A stretch of 64,000 bases of DNA from Blastocatellia bacterium (GCA_963765495.1 CAVXWP010000009.1:128001-192000); one strand, 5' to 3'; positions 42,170 through 51,433 are shown, numbered from the stretch's first letter. Numbers and translations: made by a program. The notes: a model not told the origin generated them from the letters alone.

Positions 42170-42396
42170 AAAGAAAGCCTCCCGCCCGCGCTGCGCCTCG
42201 CTACGCAGTTATGAGCTACGAATTTTGAATTAGAGGAGACACACCCGCTGGAATACGCCTCCGATGTAATGAGTAGTTTGACCTCGCGCCGGGGTATTTA
42301 CAACACAGAAAGTAATTTACCCGTATGGAGGTATTGCCCATCCGTTTCTTGCGATATATGGTATGTGCTGCCGGATGTAATCTTTAGGAGAGATCA

Positions 42397-44049
42397 ATGA
42401 ATTTCATTGAAATGGAATCGGCACAGAAACTCCGGGGCGGCTACTACACCCCGCCAGACCTTGCTGCTTTCATGGTCCGCTGGGTAAAAGAGATCAGCCC
42501 TGACCGCATCCTGGAACCGAGTTGCGGCGATGGTGTGTTTTTCCAGGCGCTCGCGCAGGTAAAAGGCTTTCAGTCGTCAGCCATAATTGGATTCGAGCTT
42601 AACAAAGAGGAAGCCGAAAAGGCTGACGCTCGTGCACGCGATCTTGGTTTGGAAACCTTGCAAATTCACTCCACCGATTTCCTTGCCTGGGCAATCAACC
42701 ATTTGAATGACCGCGAGACCCGATTTGATGCCGTTATCGGGAATCCTCCGTTTATACGCTATCAATACCTCCTCGAGCCTTTCCAAAAGCGATCAGAAAT
42801 TATCTTTAGGCAACTCGGGCTGTCATTCACAAAGCATACCAATGCGTGGGTACCTTTTATTCTTGCTTCAATGGCGCATTTACGACCGGGCGGCAGGCTG
42901 GCGATGGTTGTTCCTTCCGAAATTATCCACGTCACACACGCGCAATCCCTGCGCTCCTATCTTGGCCGCGAATGTCGCCGCGTTGTCATCATTGACCCGG
43001 AAGAGATATGGTTTAGTAAGACGCTACAGGGCGCGGTTATTTTGCTTGCGGAAAAAAGGCAAAGCAAGACCGATATAGCCGGGGGCCTCGGAATCTATCC
43101 GGTAAAAGGGCGCGAATTTCTTCGGCTCGATCCTTCGTCAGTTTTCAACGCCCCCCAGACAATCAACGGTGATACCGTACAGGGGAAGTGGACCCGCGCT
43201 TTACTTGATAAAGAGACTCGCTCACTATTTGAAGAACTCGCAGATCGTGATGATGTCCATCTGTTCAAGGATATTGCCAATGTGGACGTAGGAATCGTCA
43301 CAGGCGCGAATAAGTTTTTTCTTGTCCCCGATGAGATCGTGCAGAGCTATAATCTCGACCGGTGGGCACATCCCATGTTTGGGCGCAGCGAACACTGCCC
43401 CGGCATCATCTATGATGAAAAACAGCACGCAACGAATGTGACCAGAGGCATTCCTACAAATTTCCTGTGGTTTCGACAAATTGATGGAGAATTAAACAGC
43501 AAGGCGAGGGCTTATATAAAATCAGGCGAAGAGCAGAAACTTCACACCCGTTACAAATGCCGTGTCCGGTCACCCTGGTACACGGTACCCTCGGTCTACG
43601 CAACCGAGATAGGCATGCTAAAGCGTTCGCACGACACGCCGCGTCTGATCCTTAATCGTATAGGTGCCTATACGACAGATACAGCCTATCGCATCCGCGC
43701 ACAAAAGATCGTGGCCGAGAAACTTGTAGGCTGCTTTATAAACCCGCTCACAGCATTGAGCGCGGAATTGGAGGGACGGCATTACGGAGGAGGCGTACTC
43801 GAATTGATTCCCTCTGAGATTGAGCGGCTAATTGTTCCCCTGCCTGTGAAGGTAAGCGTAAATCTGAACGAACTGGATAAAGCCATTCGAAACATATCAA
43901 TGGAAAACGTGCTGATTGTTCAAAGTAAAATCGTGCTGAGCGGATTGGGACTCTCCCCCTCGCAGCAGGAGTGTATTTTCGAAGGATGGCGCAAGCTGCG
44001 GGATCGCAGACATCGAACATCAGGTGAGGCTTCTACAGAGGAGGGCTAA
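42397..44049 (+). CDS. N6-adenine DNA methyltransferase (gamma class, TaqI/Eco57I-like), no adjacent REase
   Basis: GGYYTP, ILEPSCGDG, IGNPPF, GIVTGAN.FF, GRHYGGG.LEL.P. Confidence 0.9.
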   Translation: MNFIEMESAQKLRGGYYTPPDLAAFMVRWVKEISPDRILEPSCGDGVFFQALAQVKGFQSSAIIGFELNKEEAEKADARARDLGLETLQIHSTDFLAWAINHLNDRETRFDAVIGNPPFIRYQYLLEPFQKRSEIIFRQLGLSFTKHTNAWVPFILASMAHLRPGGRLAMVVPSEIIHVTHAQSLRSYLGRECRRVVIIDPEEIWFSKTLQGAVILLAEKRQSKTDIAGGLGIYPVKGREFLRLDPSSVFNAPQTINGDTVQGKWTRALLDKETRSLFEELADRDDVHLFKDIANVDVGIVTGANKFFLVPDEIVQSYNLDRWAHPMFGRSEHCPGIIYDEKQHATNVTRGIPTNFLWFRQIDGELNSKARAYIKSGEEQKLHTRYKCRVRSPWYTVPSVYATEIGMLKRSHDTPRLILNRIGAYTTDTAYRIRAQKIVAEKLVGCFINPLTALSAELEGRHYGGGVLELIPSEIERLIVPLPVKVSVNLNELDKAIRNISMENVLIVQSKIVLSGLGLSPSQQECIFEGWRKLRDRRHRTSGEASTEEG

Positions 44050-44216
44050 TCAATTTCTATTACAAATCGCATTGGATATATTTTGTCTCAGTAAAGTGTC
44101 GATGTCCGACCGATGTGATATTCGCGGCCTGTTTCTCTTACCTTATTTTGGAAATGCCTGTAGGTTCATTTGTACCAATCTTATAGGTTTCGAATTAGAT
44201 GTAAAGAAGAAACAAG

Positions 44217-44263
44217 TACCCGCGGCAGGAATCGAACCTGCGACCTTTCGCTCCGGAGGCGAA
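44217..44263 (-). other. 3' half of tRNA-Arg(CCG): attachment site of an integrated element
   Basis: Minus strand TTCGC-CTCCGGA-GCGAA anticodon arm, GCAGG-TTCGATT-CCTGC T-arm and acceptor 3' strand; D-arm and 5' acceptor strand absent. Confidence 0.85.
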
Positions 44264-44433
44264 TCGGCCAGCCCTCCCGCCGCGCTGCTTTAACCGCCTA
44301 TTTGCTCACATCTAGTTACATCTATTGATCTTAGTTACTCGCCGCAGCTACGGTATCGATGCTCGATGTGATGATGAAATAACACCTATTTCCGTCAATT
44401 CTCATCTATCCCGGTCACATAGCGGTCACAAAA

Positions 44434-45336
44434 TTATTCGCCGCCTCCTACTTCCTCTGCCCTCAGATCGCGCAACAATCGTTCAAACGCTGCCCTGTAT
44501 AAAGTGTAATCCTGCCAGTTACGGAAGTTTCCTATATGGCGCGCTCTTCGTAGCTCTGCCGCCCATGGTTTTTGGCTTTCCATTATCGCTTCATCCAACC
44601 GGATCGGGAATAGCACGGTCTGATTTCTTGTATCTTCCCTCTCCAGAGCGGCATTGACTTCTCTTTCAACCCAACGACTTGAGATTGAATTCTCAGAAAC
44701 AACGATCATAACTTTGTCATATATTCGAATAGTCTCTTCTATGCGGTCTCGGAACCTGTCTCCTATCTTCAAATCTTCGGGGGCATACCAGCAGCGCACT
44801 CCTTTACTTTGCAGATCGGCGTAAAGACGCTCTGCAAATGTTTGATCCTTGCTTGAGTAACTGATGAAACAGGAATAATAATCAAAAGCCTTTCCCGTCA
44901 AAGAAGCCAGGTACGTTATAAGATTTTCAGGCACACCACATCCTCGAAGAAACTCCTCAGATATGTTGCCACCTGATTTGTACAACGTATCCACGCCTAT
45001 CGAAGAAGGGCCAAAGTGTGTAATACTGCTGAGCCCTTTAACCTCACTGAGATCAATATTCGTCAAATTTGTATTACCAATCCAGGTGTGGCTGAGGTTC
45101 GCGCCTTTGAGAAACGCGCCTGTGAGGTTCGCACCTCTGAGGTTCACGCCTGTGAGGTTTGCGCCTCTGAGGTTCGCGCCTGCGAGGTCCGCGTCGAATA
45201 GATACGCCCCTGTGAGGTCTGCGCCTGTGAGGTTCGCGTCACGGAGGTTTGGTCTCTGATCAGAATTTCTGTTCCTCCAATCGCCCCATGCCCTTACACC
45301 TTGCCTGAGAATTTTCAGATGTTCCTCATTTGCCAT
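44434..45336 (-). CDS. Pentapeptide-repeat plus TIR domain protein (short repeat tract)
   Basis: A(D/N)L.G pentapeptides; TIR SCFISYSSKD, WYAPED, SRWVEREV, LFPIRLD. Confidence 0.92.
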   Translation of the reverse strand: MANEEHLKILRQGVRAWGDWRNRNSDQRPNLRDANLTGADLTGAYLFDADLAGANLRGANLTGVNLRGANLTGAFLKGANLSHTWIGNTNLTNIDLSEVKGLSSITHFGPSSIGVDTLYKSGGNISEEFLRGCGVPENLITYLASLTGKAFDYYSCFISYSSKDQTFAERLYADLQSKGVRCWYAPEDLKIGDRFRDRIEETIRIYDKVMIVVSENSISSRWVEREVNAALEREDTRNQTVLFPIRLDEAIMESQKPWAAELRRARHIGNFRNWQDYTLYRAAFERLLRDLRAEEVGGGE

Positions 45337-45356
45337 ATTAACATCTCCACTGACCC

Positions 45357-45456
45357 CTATGGCTTCTTACACACGCCGCACATTCCGCCGCCTTCATTAT
45401 ACTGCTTGAAGCACTTGCGATTCTTTCAAGCTTGGCATGTGGTTGATCCAGTAAAT
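45357..45456 (-). pseudogene. Degenerate copy of the Cys-rich micro-protein
   Basis: Translates TGSTTCQA*KNRKCFKQYNEGGGMCGVCKKP*, versus the intact TGSTPCRACKNCKYCKHCAKDGGTCGVCKKQ*. Confidence 0.75.
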
Positions 45457-45487
45457 CATTGACCGTGTTACAATCTCCAGCCACAAA

Positions 45488-46645
45488 CTATTTGGCACTC
45501 TTTTCTTCCTCTGCCTTGAGATCGCGCAGCAGCCGCGCAAATCCCTGCTCGAAGTTGTCGTGATTCTTCCAGTCTGAAAAATCAGGTATGAAGTATTCTC
45601 TAACTTCTGCAGCCAGGTCTTTACCAGTGTCTGCATCGAAGCATTGCCATTCTCTGATTCGCTCGAAATCAACTAGGCGTATTGGAAAGAGCTTCCTTCT
45701 CTTCTCTCTTATCTCAACTCTCCTAGCTTTGCGAATCTCAGTCATTACCCATTCGCTCTTCATGCTATCGTCTGAAAGCACGAGCAATAATCTATCGTGA
45801 AGTTGAATGGCTCGCTCGATTTGATCATAGATTTTATCCCCACCCTTCATATCTTCAGGAGCAAACCAGACGCGCAAGTGCTCATCTCGCATACGAGAAT
45901 GGAGCCGCCTTGCAATCTCCTCATCCTTATGACTATAGCTAATAAAGCAGGAATAGAACTGGATCGCTTGCCGCGCTCCAATCAAGGATGGCAGAAAGGT
46001 TATGAATTCATCCGGTACACCACATCCACGAAGGAACTCTTCTGGTATTTTCCCACCTGATTGGTACAGTGTATCCAAATCAATCGAGGAAGGAAGAATG
46101 TGCTCCAAACTCTCAAGGCCTTTAACCTTGCTGAGATCAAGGGCTGTGAAATGTGTATAGCCGATAATTGCATTGCTGAGGTCTGCACCGCTGAGATCCG
46201 CACGGCTGAGGTCCACGCCAGCAAGGTCCGCACCTCTGAGTTTCGCGCGGCTAAGGTTCGTGTCGCTGAGATTCGCGCTAGCGAGATTCGCGTTGTCGAA
46301 GTCAGCCCCGCTGAGGTCCGCGCTGCTGAAATCCGCGCCCACCAGGACCGCACCGATGAGTTTTGCCTCTCTGAGGTCCGCCCCGCTAAGGTTTGCGTTG
46401 CCTATCTCCGAACCATAAAGATTTGAGGCTCTGAGATCTGCACGGCTGAGGTTCGCGCCGCTGAGGTTCGCGCTATAGAGGTTTGCACCGTAGAGGATTG
46501 TTTTGTTGAGATTTGCGCCAATGAGTTCCAAACCACTGAGATCCGCCCCGCTGAGGTCAGGGATTTCATTAGAAATCCTGATTCTCCACTTATTCCATGC
46601 TTCTACCCCTTGCCAAAGAATCTTCAGATGCTCCTCAATTGCCAT
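45488..46645 (-). CDS. Pentapeptide-repeat plus TIR domain protein (long repeat tract)
   Basis: About 25 pentapeptides; TIR SCFISYSHKD, WFAPED, SEWVMTEI, LFPIRL. Confidence 0.92.
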   Translation of the reverse strand: MAIEEHLKILWQGVEAWNKWRIRISNEIPDLSGADLSGLELIGANLNKTILYGANLYSANLSGANLSRADLRASNLYGSEIGNANLSGADLREAKLIGAVLVGADFSSADLSGADFDNANLASANLSDTNLSRAKLRGADLAGVDLSRADLSGADLSNAIIGYTHFTALDLSKVKGLESLEHILPSSIDLDTLYQSGGKIPEEFLRGCGVPDEFITFLPSLIGARQAIQFYSCFISYSHKDEEIARRLHSRMRDEHLRVWFAPEDMKGGDKIYDQIERAIQLHDRLLLVLSDDSMKSEWVMTEIRKARRVEIREKRRKLFPIRLVDFERIREWQCFDADTGKDLAAEVREYFIPDFSDWKNHDNFEQGFARLLRDLKAEEEKSAK

Positions 46646-46665
46646 TCTATTTCCCCCAGTAGCCC

Positions 46666-46866
46666 CTACTGCTTCTTACACACGCCGCACGTCCCGCCAT
46701 CCTTGGCGCAATGCTTGCAGTACTTGCAGTTCTTACAAGCTCGGCAGGGCGTTGATCCCGTACACTTGGCAAACTCCGGCGTAGCCGCTCCGTGTGGGTT
46801 CAAATCGTGTGGAAATGCAAATCCTCCAATTGTTACTACTAATACCAAAATTGCTGCTCTTATCAT
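46666..46866 (-). CDS. Small exported Cys-rich protein
   Basis: N-terminal hydrophobic segment, 8-Cys motif CTGSTPCRACKNCKYCKHC...GGTCGVC; AGGAGG upstream. Confidence 0.75.
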   Translation of the reverse strand: MIRAAILVLVVTIGGFAFPHDLNPHGAATPEFAKCTGSTPCRACKNCKYCKHCAKDGGTCGVCKKQ

Positions 46867-46897
46867 CTCCTTCCTCCTTTAGCCTTAAGCTTTCTTT

Positions 46898-47380
46898 TCA
46901 CGCTGCAACCTGCGTGGGCCACAGCTTTAATCCAAATCTAAAACTCGCTACTTCCCTGCTCACCCCGAATTCTTCCATCAACCCCTCGACCGTCTGCCCC
47001 CATGCCAACCTCCCAGGCATCCACGCGACGGCTCCAACAATCGCCGCCTGCCGGTCTGCTTTCCCGTAATTGAAAAACTTCAAGGGCTTAGGATCGTTCG
47101 GATGATAGAGAATGTGAGCTATTTCGTGGAACCCGGCTATTACTTTCTCAGGCCCAGGTAATCGGTTGCTTATGTAAATATACGGAGACCCACCTGCCCA
47201 CAGAGCGTACCCGTCCGCTCCATCAAGCGTATACTCGACCGCCTCGATTCCCAGTTGTTCGCACACAGAATAGAAATCCATAAGGGAAAGCTGACGCGCT
47301 CCCCATCCCGGTATCCATTGTGTGAATCTCTCAACTAAGAATCTATTTGTTGCGTTTCTTCTGTTCGCGGGCCTGAGCAT
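46898..47380 (-). CDS. ImmA/IrrE-family metallopeptidase
   Basis: LGIEAV, YIYISNRL, FHEIAH (HExxH), C-terminal LMEEFGVSREVASFR; start uncertain. Confidence 0.8.
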   Translation of the reverse strand: MLRPANRRNATNRFLVERFTQWIPGWGARQLSLMDFYSVCEQLGIEAVEYTLDGADGYALWAGGSPYIYISNRLPGPEKVIAGFHEIAHILYHPNDPKPLKFFNYGKADRQAAIVGAVAWMPGRLAWGQTVEGLMEEFGVSREVASFRFGLKLWPTQVAA

Positions 47381-47633
47381 CTTTTTGCACTCTCTGGACC
47401 TCCCCTTTGGTCCCGCGTCCGCTCATGTACGGTTGACTCACTTCCAGCAGCCCTGCCCTCTGCTGCTCCAGTACCGCTAGCTTTGTCTCTTCCAATTGCT
47501 CCCAAAACGGCAGATACGTATCCAGTATCTCAAGCGCCACCTCGTTGCGGCTCTTGCGCCCGTACCGGCTTATAGCATCGTCTAGCCTTTCGAGTAACTT
47601 ATCATCGGGCCGTAGATTTAGCTGGTTGCTCAT
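47343..47633 (-). CDS. Ribbon-helix-helix (CopG-like) repressor
   Basis: QLNLRPDDKLLERLDDAISRYGRKSRNEVALEIL. Confidence 0.75.
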   Translation of the reverse strand: MSNQLNLRPDDKLLERLDDAISRYGRKSRNEVALEILDTYLPFWEQLEETKLAVLEQQRAGLLEVSQPYMSGRGTKGEVQRVQKDAQAREQKKRNK

Positions 47634-47713
47634 ATTGCGCCTAGCATCCCCTATCATCCTCTATCTGTCAATAGCTTGATTTTATTTCTAGCATTTACTA
47701 TATAAAGCTACAA

Positions 47714-47908
47714 ATGACAGCACAATCTACACAGAAAAAGAAGGCAGATCCGCGAGGCGTATTCGTAGCGCTCGGCCAGCTCGGCGGCTTCGTAGACGAG
47801 TACGCAAAGAAGAATTCTTTCCTCAAGCAAAACGGGGAAATCAATCGCCCGGCCGCTATCCGAGACATCATCCGAGATCGAAAGCGGATGGAGCAGCAGG
47901 AGGGATGA
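47714..47908 (+). CDS. Small divergent RHH-like (Cro-position) protein
   Basis: VFVALG..GGFVDEYAK...INRPAAIRDII; divergent from the repressor. Confidence 0.6.
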   Translation: MTAQSTQKKKADPRGVFVALGQLGGFVDEYAKKNSFLKQNGEINRPAAIRDIIRDRKRMEQQEG

Positions 47909-48029
47909 GGGATGAGGGATGAGGGATGAAAAAGATTTCAGGGTAACTACTCGGTGAAAGCGGCTCGCCAGTAATCAAGATAGTTCGTGGCGGTCCTTTT
48001 CATCCCTCATCCCTCATCCCTCATCCCTT
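47900..48029. repeat. Inverted heptamer element (AGGGATG)n-core-(CATCCCT)n
   Basis: agggatgagggatgagggatgagggatgaa ... ttcatccctcatccctcatccctcatccct. Confidence 0.88.
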
Positions 48030-48045
48030 CAAGAGCGCTCGCCAA

Positions 48046-48813
48046 ATGGGAAAGCTTTTGATCAACGAACCACCTCTTCAGGTCCTGCCTACTCTGGCAA
48101 GGCTGATCGGACTCAACGAAGCGCTCTTTCTTCAGCAACTCCATTACTGGCTTGGCCGGAGCCGCCACGAGCGCGACGGTCGCCGCTGGACATACGGCAC
48201 ATACAACGACTGGCTTCCACAGTTCCCTTTCTGGAGCCTCAGCACGATCAAGCGCACCGTGCGCAACCTTGAGAAAAGAAGGCTGGTAATCTCAGAGCAA
48301 TTCGAAAAGCGAGACTGGATCAGGAAGAAGTGGTACACGATAGATTACGACACCCTCGCGCTCATCGAGGGAACGGATCAACCTGCGCTCAACGATGAGG
48401 TCAGATTGACCCCATCGAGCGGCTCAAATCGGCCTGTTCGAATAGCCCGTAATGCGCCTGTCATGAAGGAACAAGTTCCTTCTACTGAGACTTCTTCTGA
48501 GACTACACACACACAGAGGACCGAGCTTGTGAGTGTGGGTTCAAAATTTTCGAAAGATATCTGCCGAGAATACGCCGATCATCTATACCGGACGCGCCAG
48601 GGCGTAAAGAATCCGGGCGGGTTTGCCACGGCGATCTTTCGTTCCGGCGAGGAAGACAATCAGATAGCCCTCTGGCTCGAAGCCGAGGAGGCCAAAGACC
48701 CGGCAGCCCCCTACGGCATAATCATCAGGTGCCCGGTCTGCGAGAAGACAGAGCCTTGCGGAGAAGAACTATGTGATTTCCCCGTTGAGAAGCTGTCAAA
48801 GGACACAGCATGA
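48046..48813 (+). CDS. Phage-type replication initiator (winged-helix N-terminus)
   Basis: LLINEPPLQVLPTLA..IGLNEALFLQQLHYWL...W.Y.TY..W..QFPFWS.STIKR....LE; C-terminal VKNPGGFATAI. Confidence 0.8.
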   Translation: MGKLLINEPPLQVLPTLARLIGLNEALFLQQLHYWLGRSRHERDGRRWTYGTYNDWLPQFPFWSLSTIKRTVRNLEKRRLVISEQFEKRDWIRKKWYTIDYDTLALIEGTDQPALNDEVRLTPSSGSNRPVRIARNAPVMKEQVPSTETSSETTHTQRTELVSVGSKFSKDICREYADHLYRTRQGVKNPGGFATAIFRSGEEDNQIALWLEAEEAKDPAAPYGIIIRCPVCEKTEPCGEELCDFPVEKLSKDTA

Positions 48814-48814
48814 G

Positions 48815-48952
48815 AGAAGGATGAAGGATGAAGGATGAAGGATGAAGGATGAAAACAAGGTACGCCAAATCTTGATGAAATCGGTCCATTATTTATAGGA
48901 AATGAGACCAGACATCCGGTTTCATCCTTCATCCTTCATCCTTCATCCTTCA
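48815..48952. repeat. Inverted heptamer element (AGGATGA)n-core-(TCATCCT)n
   Basis: Five AGGATGA units, core, four TCATCCT units. Confidence 0.9.
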
Positions 48953-48958
48953 AGGAGG

Positions 48959-49130
48959 CCTGCCATTACTATGGTCCTGAGATAGGCTGGATTCGCCTTA
49001 TCAGTGGCAAGCTCGCTCCGGTCGATCCGCACGCTGAAGAGGTGGATGGCCGAAAGCTCTCATCTTCCCTGATGGAGTCACAGCCCGGCGGCATCTCGGA
49101 TTCGAGAGCGGACACACAAACCATCACGCG
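48959..49130 (-). pseudogene. Frameshifted copy 'B1' of the small ORF at 54242-54415
   Basis: tgccattactatggtcctgagata..ctggattcgcctt.tcag.ggcaagctcgc.ccggtcgatccgc shared with 54248 onward. Confidence 0.7.
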
Positions 49131-49294
49131 ACTTGCCTGGGATGGCAGAGAATCTTTAGAAAGTGTAAGACTTCATCCTCCTCTCTCCCATCCAGTCTGT
49201 CCCTGTTAATACCCTTGAGCAAAGGCCAAACTTAAAATCTTAAAATCATATTGCTCGCCAGGAAACCTTGAACCATCCTACAATAGCCAATACC

Positions 49295-50311
49295 TTATCT
49301 ACCCACCACTAAAACCACAAATGACCCAGCCTTGATGCTACGATGAGGCCGCTGGGAGGGATCAGTATCCGGAGCCTCCACATATTCAACAGCTCCAAGA
49401 TATATTTTCTTCGTTCTAGGATCAAATGCCATGGTTTTGGCGCTTGGCTGCGTCTTTACGGCGCCAGCATCTTCGTATTCGTTAGCTGACTTTTCATGAA
49501 AGAAGGTTAAGGTACCGTCGCCGCACGAAAAGAAAACCAGTTTAGTTAGCGGATCAAAAACTGCATAATCCACTCCCTTCCCAATAGGGAGGTTGTTAAT
49601 CACCTTCCCCGTTTTGGCGTCCATTACTACCATCATCGGTTCGTTGCGGCAGCCAATAAATAGCCGGTTGGTTTTGGCGTCGTATGCGAGACCCGTCGGT
49701 GTCTTTGCTACGCCGATTTGAAAGCGCTTCTTCACATTAAGTGACTTCGGATCGAATACCACAACTTCTGATGTGTCCTCGCTGTTGACATAAATCAGAC
49801 CGTCACTGCCGATCACTGCTTGTTCGCCATCGCCTTCAATTTTTATCGTGCCAACGACTGCGCCGGTCTTAGCATCGATGGCGCTGATATCGTGCGACCC
49901 ATGATTATTTGTGAAGACACGCTTGGTGCGAGGATCATAGTAAATCCCATCTGGCCCCTTGCCCACATCGATTTTCTTTATAAGCTTCAGCGTGGCAGGA
50001 TCGAACATCGAAACCTTGTCCTCCCGACCATTGCTCGTGAACCCATGATTGAACTCCCGTGTTAGCGCTATACCGTGAACTCCGGGCGTATCCGGGATTG
50101 TGCCTATCAATTTTCCGCTATCAACACTAACGACATCTACCTGCGTTGCGTGTGAGATGTAGAGGCGGCGCGCCGTGTCATCGATTGTCAAGTAGTCAAA
50201 GCCACCATTGCCGGGAACCGGGTAGCGAGCCTCCACTTTATAACCTGTGGTGCCTTGAAACGACATCACGGCAAAGTAACACACAATCAGGATGCTCTTG
50301 ACGCTTATCAT
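49295..50311 (-). CDS. YncE/YVTN beta-propeller protein
   Basis: GGFDYL, RRLYISH, GVHGIA, GPDGI and PTGLA repeats; signal peptide. Confidence 0.9.
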   Translation of the reverse strand: MISVKSILIVCYFAVMSFQGTTGYKVEARYPVPGNGGFDYLTIDDTARRLYISHATQVDVVSVDSGKLIGTIPDTPGVHGIALTREFNHGFTSNGREDKVSMFDPATLKLIKKIDVGKGPDGIYYDPRTKRVFTNNHGSHDISAIDAKTGAVVGTIKIEGDGEQAVIGSDGLIYVNSEDTSEVVVFDPKSLNVKKRFQIGVAKTPTGLAYDAKTNRLFIGCRNEPMMVVMDAKTGKVINNLPIGKGVDYAVFDPLTKLVFFSCGDGTLTFFHEKSANEYEDAGAVKTQPSAKTMAFDPRTKKIYLGAVEYVEAPDTDPSQRPHRSIKAGSFVVLVVGR

Positions 50312-50585
50312 AGCCTTTTTCCTTTCAACTTGGTTTCAGCTTTCAATTCTCTTCCGCGTACAATAGCTTATCTTCGCTCGGTCCGACCTGGATCGTGAAA
50401 TATATCTTTTAATAGGTGGGATTATCAACCGCTTGGCGTAGGATTTCAGACCCGGGTTTGTCTCTGTACTTGTCAGGAATATCCCTGAGCGAAAGCGGAA
50501 GCCTGCCGCAAGCAATGGCGGCGTGGAGTGCCTTCGATGGATGCTGTTGACAGCCATCGGGCCTCATCACAAATATTCCGTCGCT

Positions 50586-51362
50586 TCAATGAGCCTCTTC
50601 TGAGGCTCTTTGTGGAAAGATCATAATACAACTCACCATGAAAACAAGTAGGATAATTGATGCAGTGTAGCGGCTGAGCGCCAGCCCACCTGCATCTTGG
50701 GGCTTATCAAGCAGATCTCCGACAACAGCACCGAGCGGTCGCGTAAGAACAAAGGCAGCCCAAAATAACGCCGTGTGAGAGATGGATGTCCAAAAGTATG
50801 CTGCACAAACCATTGCAAGCAAAACGCCAAATATAATGGCGGCTCCGCCATAGCCCAAACCGGCGCTATCAGCCGTCCAGTCGCCAAGCGCAGTTCCCAA
50901 CGTCTGGGAAAACATGATCGTCATCCAGTAAAATGATTCGGCCTTTGGTGAGGTTATCGTCTTGACCGATATCGATCCGAGAGAGCGATGCCAGATAAAT
51001 AGCGAACCAAGAAGAAGCGCTAACAGAAGCGACGAGCCGCCGGCATAGCCTATACCCAAAGATCGGTCGGCGAAGTCGGCCATAGTCGTTCCAACTGTCG
51101 TTGTGGCGACAATCGTTGTCCAGTACAGGAAAGGGTGAAATTGCTTTGCTCGAATCTGTGCGATGACCGCAACGATAAAGATTAGACCGAAGATTCCAGT
51201 GCCAACAAGATAGCCCAGGTTCATTGACATCGTCACGGCATCACCGCCAGTCTCGCCAAGCGTGGTTGCTGCGATCTTGATGATCCAGAAGATCAGCGTG
51301 ACTTCTGGAACCTTATTGACCACGTCCTTCCTGTATTCCTTTTCTGATTCTGATGACTTCAT
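50586..51362 (-). CDS. COG4705/DUF347 membrane protein
   Basis: NKVPEVT..FWIIKI.ATTLGETGGD, FW.AFVLTRPLGA..GD.LDKP. Confidence 0.88.
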   Translation of the reverse strand: MKSSESEKEYRKDVVNKVPEVTLIFWIIKIAATTLGETGGDAVTMSMNLGYLVGTGIFGLIFIVAVIAQIRAKQFHPFLYWTTIVATTTVGTTMADFADRSLGIGYAGGSSLLLALLLGSLFIWHRSLGSISVKTITSPKAESFYWMTIMFSQTLGTALGDWTADSAGLGYGGAAIIFGVLLAMVCAAYFWTSISHTALFWAAFVLTRPLGAVVGDLLDKPQDAGGLALSRYTASIILLVFMVSCIMIFPQRASEEAH

Positions 51363-51433
51363 TGGGATTGTATTCTCCTTCTGTTATGACCTTAACATCA
51401 TCGCGCAGACCTCGTGATTCGGCGTATTTATCC

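Noticed and set aside
44217-44290. Intact tRNA-Arg gene
   Set aside because: Only the anticodon arm, T-arm and 3' acceptor strand are present; the adjacent sequence forms neither a D-arm nor the 5' acceptor strand.
45080-46560. 15-bp periodic repeats as a non-coding array or a Qnr resistance gene
   Set aside because: They encode pentapeptide repeats fused to TIR domains, not stand-alone Qnr.
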